Positions 12,877 through 22,502 are shown, counted from the stretch's first letter. The stretch is DNA of 32,765 nt from an uncultured delta proteobacterium (GCA_963705165.1 CAVPJD010000035.1:1-32765), one strand, 5' to 3'. Numbers and translations are program-made. The notes: a model not told the origin generated them from the letters alone.

Positions 12877-13735
12877 GGATCAGGCCTCCCTCCGCCTTCC
12901 GGGCGACGATCATCAGGCCCATCAGGGATGTGTCATAGGTTCCGTAGCGGTCCTGCCGCTTGAGGCATCGATCGATCAAGGCGTTTGCATCGCGCGGGCG
13001 CTCCCCCCAGGCGGAAAGACCGAGGATGGCCCACCCGAGGCTGAAGGGGGTTGTCAGTGTCTTAACGGAATCCTTCAACAAGGCGATGCTGCGAGACACA
13101 TCCTGCTTATCTGCCAATCCCGGGAGTGCCGCGAGGGCCAGCCCTGTACTTTCAGGCATGGCGGCCAGCTCCGTATCGAAGACCGTTGTATTCCCGTAAT
13201 TCCATCCCCCCTTCGACAACTGGCGGTCCATGAGAAGCCGGGCACCCTCCGCCACCCGTTGGCTGCCCCCGTTTCCCGTTGTTCTCAGTGCGATCATGGC
13301 GAGGGCTGTCGGCTCAACCCAGGAGTGGGTCTCTTCGGTCCAGGGCCAGCCTTGAATGGATGTGTCATGGCCGGCAGGGCTGTCCTTCGGTCTTGCTTGA
13401 AATGGTTGCCCGTCGTTTTTAATAAAAAGAATGCGGCGCGGGATTGATGGTGACCGAATTCGGGGCTATTGTGCCAGGCCAGAACGTCAAGCGGCGTTGG
13501 CCAGAAGAGCGCGGGGTGATCGGCCGACAGAACGACGCGGCCGTCTTCCTGCTGGCTTGCCGCGAGACATTGCCTGGCAGCATGCAGCCGTTGCCGTTCG
13601 ACGCCGCACAATTGCAGTGCCATGACGGCCCACGCCGTTGCGTCGGGGCGATACTGGCCGCCCGGTCGATTGGCAAATCCGCCGCCATGGCAGGCTGCTT
13701 TTCCAGATCTGATCGATTGCCTTATCCATCTTCAT
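12863..13735 (-). CDS. Prenyltransferase/squalene-oxidase repeat (alpha/alpha-barrel) protein, split by about two indels (~13688, ~13386)
   Basis: Stitched reading: MDKAIDQIWK..GGGFANRPGGQYRPDATAWAVMAL..ASQQEDGRV..WPTPL..GHDTSIQGWPWTEETHSWVEPTALAMIAL..LMDRQLSKGGWNYGN..PESTGLALAAL. The QxxxGGW-like repeats are typical of this family. Overlaps the DUF362 start. Confidence 0.75.
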
Positions 13736-14199
13736 CTCTGCTAGTACCCAAGTTCAGCAACAAGGTTACGTGTAATCAGCATGTAAGGGTCATTGCGAGC
13801 ACCCGCAGGGTGCGTGGCAATCTCGAGTCAAAACAGCTGGATCGTTTAACTCCGCTCGCGAATGACACATGGAAGTAATCGTCGGGAATTGAGCCGTAGT
13901 GATTAAAAGGACTGCAATTTTAATGCGCGTTCAAGTTCATTATACCTCTTCTCCGGCCCGAAACTGATTGCTATGCCAAAAATAATTGTGCCGAAACGGA
14001 CCAGGCGTCCATCCTCCTGTCGGTTCTTGCGCCGCCTATCCATCTGATTTGTCGACAGATTCAATGCTATCCTCGACACTGTAAAAGCAATGTGGAGACG
14101 CCGTTGATGTCTCGAAATGGAACGGAATGCATATAGGGCAGGTTGCATATGATGCGCAGGTTAATAGAGATGAAGTGCGTTCAAATGTAGAATTGAAAG

Positions 14200-14216
14200 T
14201 GTCGGAAAGATTGACA
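14200..14216. promoter_or_regulatory. Candidate activator-binding palindrome (site 1)
   Basis: TGTCGGAAAGATTGACA (TGTC-N9-GACA). Related inverted copy at 14514-14530. Confidence 0.4.
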
Positions 14217-14513
14217 TTCGGCAGTGTTTTTTTGAGAGTCTCTTTGCCAGGATAAGCTTCAACAGTATTTGATGAAACCTAACAACATATATTTATTTAG
14301 AATAACTTGATTGCTAATACCGGAGTATTAGGGGAAAGTCGGGAAATATGGCCGTCCCTTCAAAAAAGAAGGGTCTGAAAACAGTTCGCAACATATTTTG
14401 TTGGCATGAAAAGGGGGCAGCAGTTGATTTTCCGTCGGGATTTTCTTTTATCGGACGGATTGGATAATACTTAAATGTTTTTTTCGGCATAAAAAACGAA
14501 CTATTAGGATCGA

Positions 14514-14530
14514 TGTAACGTTCTCCGACA
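14514..14530. promoter_or_regulatory. Candidate regulator-binding site (site 2)
   Basis: TGTAACGTTCTCCGACA. Its reverse complement TGTCGGAGAACGTTACA shares TGTCGGA...ACA and 17-bp length with site 1. Confidence 0.4.
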
Positions 14531-14558
14531 TCCATTCTCGTGTCTCGTTGCAGTCGAT

Positions 14559-14574
14559 TGGCACGGGCAATGCT
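14559..14574 (+). promoter_or_regulatory. Sigma54 (RpoN) -24/-12 promoter upstream of the Flp pilin
   Basis: TGGCACGGGCAATGCT: exact TGGCAC, GG-N10-GC spacing, TGCT at -12; about 220 nt before the pilin ATG. Confidence 0.78.
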
Positions 14575-14792
14575 TTATCCCTTCGCATGGGACGGGCTGA
14601 TATGAGGGCCCCCGAAAATACACTGGATGCATTTGATGCATCAAAAAATTTCAGAATAATAAGCGAGACGAAAGGAGGGAGGCAGGGAGACAGGAAGGAA
14701 GTAAGCAGGTCAATAAAAACAGGAATGAGTGGTCTGGGGTTTAACGATAATTAACTTTTTAAAAAAACAAAACTACTTAAGGAGGATTTGAA

Positions 14793-14961
14793 ATGGAAAA
14801 ACTGATTCGTTTTTTTAAGGATGAGGAAGGCGCCACGGCAGTCGAGTACGGTCTGATGGTTGCCCTGATCGCTGCGGTCATTGTCGGCGCTGTGACGCTT
14901 CTCGGCGGCGAACGTCAGATGTAATTTACTCGGTCGCAGTGTCGTGACGGCACTCGGCTAG
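14793..14961 (+). CDS. flp: Flp/Fap family pilin (major pilin); 3' end apparently frameshifted
   Basis: AAGGAGG RBS; MEKLIRFFKDEEG|ATAVEYGLMVALIAAVIVGAVTLLGG is the canonical Flp motif. As sequenced it stops at 14924 (43 aa); a plausible true tail VVTALG* ends at 14961. Absent from the ORF track. Confidence 0.93.
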
Positions 14962-14981
14962 CTAATAACGGATTACGCGCT

Positions 14982-15018
14982 TGAGGAGATATCGATCTAT
15001 CATGTCGATGTCCCCTCA
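14982..15018 (+). terminator. Stem-loop after the major pilin (terminator or mRNA-stabilising hairpin)
   Basis: TGAGGAGATATCGA / TCGATGTCCCCTCA: 14-bp stem with one mismatch and one G-U pair; no strong U-tract. Confidence 0.6.
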
Positions 15019-15108
15019 CGCATCACATTCAGTATAATATCGCACATTGACTGTCGTGATTGGGAAATGAGATGAACGCTGAATGTTCATGCAGAAAAGA
15101 TTCGTGAC

Positions 15109-15288
15109 ATGAATAGACAAATCGAATGCTCTACAAGACAGAACGTTCGCGTAAATCAACAAGGGAGCAACCGCAGTCGAATACGCGTCATGCTTGTTCT
15201 GATTGCCGCAGTGATATTTGTCGCTGGCAGTCTCTCTGTGGCAAGGCGTTATGCAACAATTTTTTCTGTACAGCAGCAGTGCAGATGA
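15109..15288 (+). CDS. Second Flp-family pilin, disrupted by indels (sequencing error or pseudogene)
   Basis: ATG 15109 ..VNQQ, then +1 frame GGA GCA ACC GCA GTC GAA TAC GCG = GATAVEYA (15164-15187), then back in the original frame MLVLIAAVIFVA. Confidence 0.75.
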   Translation: MNRQIECSTRQNVRVNQQGSNRSRIRVMLVLIAAVIFVAGSLSVARRYATIFSVQQQCR

Positions 15289-15327
15289 GCTTTAACGAGA
15301 GTGAAAAGGATGACTTGAGCGGATTCC

Positions 15328-15846
15328 ATGGACTATTTCTGTACTGATTTTACTTGCCATCATTCTCATTCCTGGCGACGGCTTCTGATCTCCATCAACG
15401 CCGGATTCCGAATGCGTTGACACTTCCCGTCATAGCAGGGGGCATGATTTATTGGTCATATCTCAATGGTCTGGACGGATTCATGCATAGCACAGGAGGG
15501 CTGCTTCTGGGATTCGCTTTTCTGACTTCCCTTGTATCTCTTCGGTGGCATGGGCGCAGGCGATGTGAAGCTGATGGGAGCCGTAGGAAGCATCCTGGGA
15601 CCGCAAGGCGTTTTTACTGCATTCCTTTATAGCGCAATCGTGGGTGGCGTGTACGCCCTGTTCGTGCTGGCGAGAAGCAGGGCTCTCAAGCAGACAGCGG
15701 GGCGCTACGGATTTATGCTGAGGGGTTACCTGGTAACGGGGCAGTTGACCTATCTTTCCCCCGCAGCAGAGGAGAAACTGCCCCCGCTTTGTTACGGAGT
15801 GGCCATATCCCTCGGGACGATCCTTTCCGTCCTGAGGCCGTTATAG
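15328..15846 (+). CDS. cpaA: A24 prepilin peptidase CpaA/TadV (frameshifted)
   Basis: SDLHQRRIPNALT (first catalytic Asp) in ORF 15354..15632; GGMGAGDVKLMGAVG (second Asp) and C-terminal LCYGVAISLG in ORF 15532..15846. Confidence 0.88.
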
Positions 15847-15914
15847 ATTGGAAGAAATTAAACGAACCGGCGGCATCCGCGATGCCGCGGAGACACAAGG
15901 AGGCATCCGAGATT

Positions 15915-16781
15915 ATGAAGCAGTTCTGGAACAAGATGGGAGACAAGCAGAAACCCCTGTTCCTCTTCGGCCTCGCTATCGTGATCGCGCTCGTGATTTC
16001 GACCCTGACCTATGGCTGGTTCAAGCAGATCGCCCAGTCGCAGAATCAGGCCCGGGAGACGCAGCCGGTCGTCGTGGCCGCAGTGGATCTCACCTGGGGT
16101 ACATCCCTGACGGGGGAAATGGTAAAGGTCGTTCCGTTTCTCAAAGAGAGCCTTCCCGCCGGGTATTATTCGGATATCTCGGAGTCGAACGGCCGGACGA
16201 TCATCTATCCGGTGAAGGCGGGCGAGCCGATTTTCGAGTCGAAACTGGCTCCTACGACGGTCTCCATGGGCGGCGTGGCCGCACTCGTGACCCCGAAGAA
16301 AAGGGCCATGGGTGTCAAGGTGGACAAGGTAGTCGGCGTGTCGGGCTTCATCCATCCCGGGAACCGCGTCGACGTGCTGGTCACCCTTTCCAAAAACGAA
16401 CGCGCCAACAGCCCGATGACGAAGATCGTCCTCGAGAACATCCTCGTCCTGGCGACTGGAACGGAGTTGGAGAAGACGGGCAAGCAGGAAAAACCGGCCC
16501 AGGTCGATGTGATCACCCTGGAGGTGACTCCCGAGGAGGGCGAGAGACTGGCCCTTGCCGCCTCGGAGGGGAAGCTCCAGCTTGCCCTGCGCAACTTCAC
16601 CGATACCGATAGCTCCCAGACGCGCGGATCAACGATTCCCGGGCTCCTTGCCGGCCAGGCGGCTCCCCAACCGGCGCCCAAGAGCGGCAACAAGCCCGTC
16701 CGCGTGCAAAGGGCAGCTTCGCCCAGTGTCACCGTCGAGCTCATCCGGGGCAGCAAGGTGACGGAAACCAATTTCAAGTAA
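15915..16781 (+). CDS. cpaB: Flp pilus assembly protein CpaB/RcpC
   Basis: N-terminal TM, SAF domain (VVVAAVDLTWG), GVSGFIHPGNRVDVLV, LENILVLA, TLEVTPEEGERLALA..GKLQLALRN. RBS GGAGG before ATG 15915. Confidence 0.93.
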   Translation: MKQFWNKMGDKQKPLFLFGLAIVIALVISTLTYGWFKQIAQSQNQARETQPVVVAAVDLTWGTSLTGEMVKVVPFLKESLPAGYYSDISESNGRTIIYPVKAGEPIFESKLAPTTVSMGGVAALVTPKKRAMGVKVDKVVGVSGFIHPGNRVDVLVTLSKNERANSPMTKIVLENILVLATGTELEKTGKQEKPAQVDVITLEVTPEEGERLALAASEGKLQLALRNFTDTDSSQTRGSTIPGLLAGQAAPQPAPKSGNKPVRVQRAASPSVTVELIRGSKVTETNFK

Positions 16782-16797
16782 GGGGGGAAATGGAACC

Positions 16798-18284
16798 ATG
16801 AATACCCGATCTCTGTTTCATACCAGGACCGGCATGATCCTGGGCCTGGCCGCACTGCTCCTTTTCGTCCTGGCTTCCGCCACCCAGGCATCCGGACCGC
16901 CCCGGGTGAGCGTGAGCAGCATTGCATCCCAGATGCTGCCCATCACCGTGGGGAAATCGATCATCGTCGAGTCGACGGATGTCGTAAAGCGCGTATCCGT
17001 CGCGGCTCCGGACATCGCCGACACGGTGGTCCTGACGTCCCGCCAGATCTACGTCACGGGCAAGGCCTCGGGCGTGACGACGCTGACCCTCTGGAGCGAG
17101 GGCAACCGGATCTCGGCCATCTTCGACGTGGAGGTCATCCCGGACGTGGCGGCGCTGAAAGAAAAGATCCACCAGATGTTTCCGGGCGAGGACGGCGTGA
17201 AGGCCGTGGCGACCCACGACAGCATCACCCTCTCGGGGACCGTTTCCGGAACGGGAAACCTCACCCAGATCGTGAGGCTGGCCGAGGCCTATGCCCGACT
17301 GGACAAAACCACAAGCAAACCGAGGGTACTGAGCCTCCTCGAAGTGGGCGGCGTCCAGCAGGTCATGCTGGAGGTCCGCGTATCCGAGATGTCCCGCAGC
17401 CTGATGAGGCGGCTGGGCGTCAACTTCAACTATATCAGCGCGGGCGGCCAGAACTTCGGCATCTCGCTGCTCAACAGCGTCACCAAGCTTCCCTCGATGG
17501 GCTGGCCCGGCAACCCCCTCACCGTGGCGGATAACGTGAACTGGATCTTCCGGTTCGCCGGCGCCAACGCCACCTGGACGACGTTTATCGATGCCCTGAA
17601 GGAGAACGGGCTGACGAAAATTCTTGCCGAGCCCACCCTCATCACCCTGAGCGGCAGCTCCGCGAGCTTCCTGGCCGGCGGCGAGTACCCCATCCCCGTT
17701 CCGCAGTCGTCGGGCGGGAGGGACGACCATCACGATCGAGTACAAGACCTTCGGCGTGGGCCTCAACTTCACGCCCACCGTGCTGGGCAACGGCAAGATC
17801 AGCATGATGGTGAACCCCGAGGTGTCCGACCTGGACTTCACCCGGGCCGTTTCGCTGCAGGGCTACATCATCCCCAGCGTCAACACGCGGCGCGTCTCGA
17901 CGGTCATCGAGCTGGGCGACGGGCAGAGCTTTGCCGTTGCGGGGCTCCTCAAGGACGACCTGCGCGAGGTCGTGACGAAGTTCCCCGTCCTGGGCGACAT
18001 CCCCGTCCTGGGGGCGCTGTTCCGCAGCTCCTCCTTCCAGAAGAGCGAGACGGAGCTTGTCATCATCGTGACCCCTCACCTGGTGAAACCGGTGGACATG
18101 GCGAAGCAGACCCTGCCCACGGATCAGTTCATCGAGCCCGACGACTTCGAGTTCTACCTCCTGGGCAGCATGGAGGGCCGGGATAAAAGGCGATGGCGGC
18201 AAGTCGGCCGCCCCCGCTGCCGCGATTCCCGGGCTGAAAAAGGGAAGCGGCCTCGAGGGCGATTTCGGACACATGAAGCCTTGA
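16798..18284 (+). CDS. cpaC: Tad secretin CpaC/RcpA (indels near 17720 and ~18185-18215)
   Basis: RVSVAAPDIAD..YVTGKASGVTTL, QQVMLEVRVSE, LAEPTLITLSGSSASFLAGGEYPIP | IEYKTFGVGLNFTP, P.LGDIPVLGALFRS..ETELVIIVTPHLV; tail GLEGDFGHMKP*. Confidence 0.93.
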
Positions 18285-18304
18285 CCGACTGAAAGGAGAA
18301 ACCC

Positions 18305-18583
18305 ATGAGAAAGACCATTGCAATCATCGCCATCTTGAGCTTCACGGCCGGCCTGCTGATTTCCTGCGCCGCGCCGACCCGGCTCGAGACGGATTACGGA
18401 ACGTCTTACAAGCTGCAGAAATACAACCAGATCGCGAACCCCGACGCGGAGAAGAACCTGAAGCCCGTCGAGGGGCTCGACGGCCAGGCCGCGGCAGCGG
18501 CCATGACCAAGCGGCACAAGGAATTCGAGAAGCAGGAGAAGGCGCCCTCGTACATATTCAACCTCGGCACCACGGGCAAGTAA
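18305..18583 (+). CDS. Small Tad-associated lipoprotein
   Basis: 92 aa, AAGGAG RBS, signal with lipobox LISC, directly after the secretin. Confidence 0.8.
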   Translation: MRKTIAIIAILSFTAGLLISCAAPTRLETDYGTSYKLQKYNQIANPDAEKNLKPVEGLDGQAAAAAMTKRHKEFEKQEKAPSYIFNLGTTGK

Positions 18584-18608
18584 CGGCAAGCGATAAGCAG
18601 GAGACGAT

Positions 18609-19102
18609 ATGAAGGATGCGCCGATAGCATTAAGCGGCAGGAGGGACAGGGGAGCACGGCCGTGGAGTTCGCGCTGACGCTGCCCATCTTCATCATTCTC
18701 GTCATCGGGATCATCGAGTTCGGGTGGTACTTCTTCGTGCAGCACACCCTGCAGTACGCCACCCGCGAGGGGATGCGCCTGGCCCTCGTCGGGCGGACGA
18801 TCAATAACCCGGGCGGAACACCCTGAGCCGAGAGGCCTCCATCATCCAGACGATCCAGGACAACGCGATGCTTGCCGTCAACCCGCGTCGTGTCCGGTGT
18901 CCATCTACCCGGTGAAGCCGCCGGTTATGTCGATCCCACCGGCTGGGAGACGCAGCAGGATGCCGGCGACCCCGGAGAGTACATGAGGGTGCGAAGCCGT
19001 TACAATCACACGTTTTTCACCCCGCTGATCGGCGGTTTCTTCAGCGGGGGCGGAATCGTTATCCAGGCGGAGGGGACCTATCGGAACGAGTCTGTTCAAT
19101 GA
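18609..19102 (+). CDS. tadE: TadE-like pseudopilin 1 (several indels)
   Basis: QG|STAVEFALTLPIFIILVIGIIEFG...ATREGMRLA; C-terminal MRVRSRYNHTFFTPLIG. Confidence 0.85.
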
Positions 19103-19152
19103 GGATCGCACTCGGAGATGCAGGGGATCGAAACGCGAGGGGATGAAGGATC

Positions 19153-19738
19153 ATGATAATGCGAAAGACTGTGAATCGGTAATGTGCGGCGCACGGCGAG
19201 CGCGGGGTATCGCTTCTGGAGCTGGCCCTCCTGCTTCCGCTTCTCGTGGTTCTGGCCTTCGGTGTCATCGATCTAGGCCGCCTCATCCATGCGAGGCTCG
19301 TGGTGACCAACGTGAGCCGCGAGGGGGGGAGCCTGGCTTCCCGGGACATCCAGACGGGGAACAATCTGATCGCCATGCTCCAGTCGTCGGCCACGCCGTT
19401 CAATCTTCAGACCCAGGGCCGGATCTATGTCACCAGGATCAATGCCGGCAAGACGCAGGCCGACCCTCTTCCCTATATCGACAGCAAATTCCGGGGGGAG
19501 CCTATGGCGTGAGCAGCAGCATCGGGGCAAAGTGGGCCAGACGCCGACGGGAGTGTCGACGACCCTGTACAATCATCTGCGTTTCGAGCCGGCCCCCCAA
19601 AATGCACCCGACATTGCGGAAATCACCGTCGTCGAGGTGTTTTACCATTACAGGCCGATCACCCCGCTTCCGAACTTCGTACAGAACCTGTTCCCCGTCG
19701 GCGGGGGCATCCTGATCGGGAGCCGGGCCATTTTCTAA
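19153..19738 (+). CDS. TadE/TadF-like pseudopilin 2 (several indels; start uncertain)
   Basis: ERG|VSLLELALLLPLLVVLAFGVIDLGR...VSREGG; C-terminal VVEVFYHYRPITPL. Confidence 0.82.
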
Positions 19739-19758
19739 GAGGCCGCGCAGACAAGTGT

Positions 19759-19784
19759 GTCATTCCCGCGCATGCGGGAATCCA
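19759..19784. repeat. GTCATTCCCGCG-type palindromic repeat (ATTCCC-N8-GGGAAT core)
   Basis: GTCATTCCCGCGCATGCGGGAATCCA in the gap between the second pseudopilin and the TadG-like gene. Confidence 0.75.
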
Positions 19785-19871
19785 TGCGAAGGCAAGATTC
19801 GGGGTCACGGTTATCGAGAATGACATGGTGCACAGGGTTGATAGCCGCAGCAAGAATGATGGAGGGGAAAA

Positions 19872-21236
19872 ATGAACAGGGTGATTCGTAACCAGCGCGG
19901 GGCCTTCGTGGTCATCTTCGCCGTCGCTCTCCTGGTCATACTGGGCTTTGTCGCCCTCGGGATCGAAGGGGGGCGGTGGTACCTCGTGAGGGCGGAACTG
20001 GCAAAGGGCGTAGACGCAGCCTCCCTTAACGGCGCGAAAAACATATCGAACCCCTACGTGACAGCAATGTCCCTTGCCGAGGAGTTCGGAAGGGAGAATT
20101 TCCAGGCCGGTTATGTCGGCACCCCCGCCTCGGGAGCGGGCTCAGTCCGGTTTACCGCCACGATGGTTGAATCCGACAAGATCAGCGTGACCGGCAATGT
20201 GGATGCAACGGCCACCCTGGCGAGGATCTTCGGCTTTGACAGGATTCCCGTCGTCGCCACCGGCATGGCCCAGAAAAAAGAGGTCGAGATCATGATGATC
20301 CTCGACCGGTCCGGTTCCATGGCCGGGACGAAGATGCAAGCCCTGAAGAACTGCATCAGCCAGTTTCGTAGATTATTTCAAGCAATACGCAGGACTGAGG
20401 ACAAGGTCGGGCCTCATCAGTTTCGCCACCACCGCCGGCATTAATGGCGTCCCCGACCTTGCCCTGGGGAACAATTTCGTCACCTCCATGAAAACGGCGA
20501 TTAGTAACATGAACGCCACCGGCGCCACGAATACCGAGGACGCCATCGATCAGTCGGACGGACCGGCGGGTTCTCGGACCAGACCGGCGTGCCCGGCTCC
20601 AACCGCATCCAGCAGTTTGTCGTTTTCTTTTCCGATGGGATGCCGACGGCTTTGAGAGACAAGTTCAAATTCCGTGATAATTCATACAACGGCAATCAGG
20701 ATTACGATGGGGTCGTCTACGGAGTCGGTTCAACCGGTCACTCCAACTGCCGACCTTCGGATTACTCCTCCATGAGCGTCTATAACAGGCTGCACAAGCC
20801 GACCGGCACGAATAATTTTTACACATACAGTGGCGGCAACTACGTCGATCCCAGCACAACGGGAGATGGCAAAGGCGCAACCAGCTTATGTAAATCAGGC
20901 AGGCCTCCTGCGGCTTACGCAAACACGAAGTGGTATCTGTTCCCTAATTATCCCGTACCGGGATATGGACCGGAGCAGTGCAGCATCCCCATGAACGTAC
21001 TTCTTCCTTACTTCTGTCGGACCGCAAAACAACTGGCACTCGACAATGCACAGGTGCTGAAAAACAAGTACATCAAGATCTACGCCGTGGGCCCACGGGG
21101 CCAAGTCGACCAGGATTTTCTGGAAGACCTCTCGAGCGGGGCTGGCTACTGGTTCATTTACGACGGGACGCCGGGCGATCTGCAAGCGGTTTTCCAGAAG
21201 ATTGCGAAGGACATCAAGCTCAGGCTCGTGCAGTAG
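19872..21236 (+). CDS. tadG: TadG-like pilin-anchored vWA-domain protein (indels ~20350-20575)
   Basis: NQRG|AFVVIFA..TM..VDAASLNGA (Tad N-terminus); MIDAS residues LDRSGSM, GATNTEDAI, VVFFSDGMP; C-terminal IKIYAVG..DFLEDLSS..LQAVFQKIA. Confidence 0.85.
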
Positions 21237-21271
21237 CAGGGAAATCTTCTGAATATCTCGAGGTGAACGGA

Positions 21272-22417
21272 ATGCCGAACAGGAACAAAACGGTCAAACT
21301 TGAAATCAAAAACGAGAGGATCCGGGATCAGATTGCGGCCGTGATCTCCTCGACGGAGGGATTCCTGGTCCAGCGAAGCGACTACCCTCTGCCCCCGGAC
21401 ATCCTGATCCTGGAGATGGGCGACGACCCCGCCAGGGACTTCGAATATCTGAAAAGGACGAAGGACGCAGGCGGGGCGCGGGAATTCTTCCTGACCTCGA
21501 AAAACGTGAGTCCCGACGTCCTCATCCAGGCCCTGCGGCTGGGCGTGAAGGAATTTTTCCCCCAGCCCGTCAACGAGGCCGATGTGCGCGCGGCCCTCTC
21601 GAAGGCGCGCAACACCGTGGAGGCTCCGGTCATTACGGCGAGCGGGCCCCAGCGGAAAGGACAGATCATCAACATCTTCGGGGGCAAGGGGGGCGTCGGA
21701 ACGACGACGATCGCCGTGAACCTCGCCGACAGCATGGTCCGGCTGGAAAAGCCGCCGGCGGTCGCCCTTATCGACATGAACCGGCTTTTCGGCGAGATCC
21801 CGCTCTTTCTGAGCATGGATCACGTCTTCAACTGGGTGGACGTGTCGAAGAACATTTCCCGCCTCGACGCCGCATACCTGTCGGGGATCCTCTTCCGCCA
21901 CCGGTCGGGTCTCCGGGTGCTGCCCTCCCCGGACCGGGTGGACGACGAGTTCAAGGTCACGCCCCAGATCATCGAAACGCTGCTGCGCTTCATGCGCACC
22001 ATGTTCGACTACGTCATCATCGACAGCGGCCAGTCCGTGGACGACATCTCGAAGATGATCCTGCGGCTCTCCGACAAGGTCCTGCTGGTCTCGGTGCTGA
22101 GTCTTCCGTGCCTGATCAACGTGAAGAAGATCCTGAACACGTTCCGCAACCTCGGCTACCCCCCGGAACCCAGCGTGGAGGTAGTCGTCAACCGCTTTGA
22201 GCGAAAGTCCATCATCAGCCTCAAGGAGGCCGAGGAAAGCATCGGCAAGAAAGCCTTCTGGGTCGTGCCCAACGACTTTCAGCTTTCGATGGACGCCGTC
22301 AACCAGGGCAAGCCCCTCTCCCTGATCGACGGAAACGCAGAGATCACCCGGGCCATCCAGGACATGGCGGCCGCCGTCGCCGGCAGGCAGCCCGGGGAAG
22401 TGAAAGGAAAAGGATAA
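21272..22417 (+). CDS. cpaE: CpaE/TadZ-like receiver-domain + MinD/ParA-type ATPase
   Basis: Atypical receiver domain (QALRLGVKEFFPQP), then GGKGGVGTTTIAVNLA, FDYVIIDS, VVVNR, AVNQGKP. Probable start ATG 21272. Confidence 0.92.
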   Translation: MPNRNKTVKLEIKNERIRDQIAAVISSTEGFLVQRSDYPLPPDILILEMGDDPARDFEYLKRTKDAGGAREFFLTSKNVSPDVLIQALRLGVKEFFPQPVNEADVRAALSKARNTVEAPVITASGPQRKGQIINIFGGKGGVGTTTIAVNLADSMVRLEKPPAVALIDMNRLFGEIPLFLSMDHVFNWVDVSKNISRLDAAYLSGILFRHRSGLRVLPSPDRVDDEFKVTPQIIETLLRFMRTMFDYVIIDSGQSVDDISKMILRLSDKVLLVSVLSLPCLINVKKILNTFRNLGYPPEPSVEVVVNRFERKSIISLKEAEESIGKKAFWVVPNDFQLSMDAVNQGKPLSLIDGNAEITRAIQDMAAAVAGRQPGEVKGKG

Positions 22418-22468
22418 GCGCGCATTCCTGGGGATGAAGATCTACTGAGAGGGCTTGGCCCCGGAAGC

Positions 22469-22502
22469 GAGAGGGTAAGAGGGTAAGAAGGTAAGAAAGT
22501 TG
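22469..22502. repeat. Octamer tandem array
   Basis: GAGGGTAA GAGGGTAA GAAGGTAA GAAAGTTG in the cpaE-cpaF gap. Confidence 0.75.

Noticed and set aside
13962..13979. Minus-strand sigma54 promoter for the prenyltransferase-like gene (TGGCATAGCAATCAG)
   Set aside because: The -24 element is good, but the -12 position reads AG instead of the conserved GC.
13903..14754. Short ORFs in the AT-rich region (13903..14148, 14314..14535, 14548..14754)
   Set aside because: No clear RBS or motifs, atypical codon usage, and overlap with promoter elements.
14575..14792. c-di-GMP/c-AMP-GMP (GEMM) riboswitch ahead of the pilin
   Set aside because: Looked for because such switches often precede deltaproteobacterial pilin genes, but I could not find the two-hairpin GEMM pattern. 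An Infernal/Rfam scan would settle it.
15871..15887. Internal sigma54 promoter before cpaB (CGGCATCCGCGATGC)
   Set aside because: It has GG-N10-GC spacing but a weak match, and is equally explained as a small hairpin (CGGCATC-CGC-GATGCCG).
20978..21271. N-terminal 98 aa of the 479-aa ORF as part of CpaE
   Set aside because: It overlaps the TadG-like C-terminus in another frame; the real start is probably ATG 21272.
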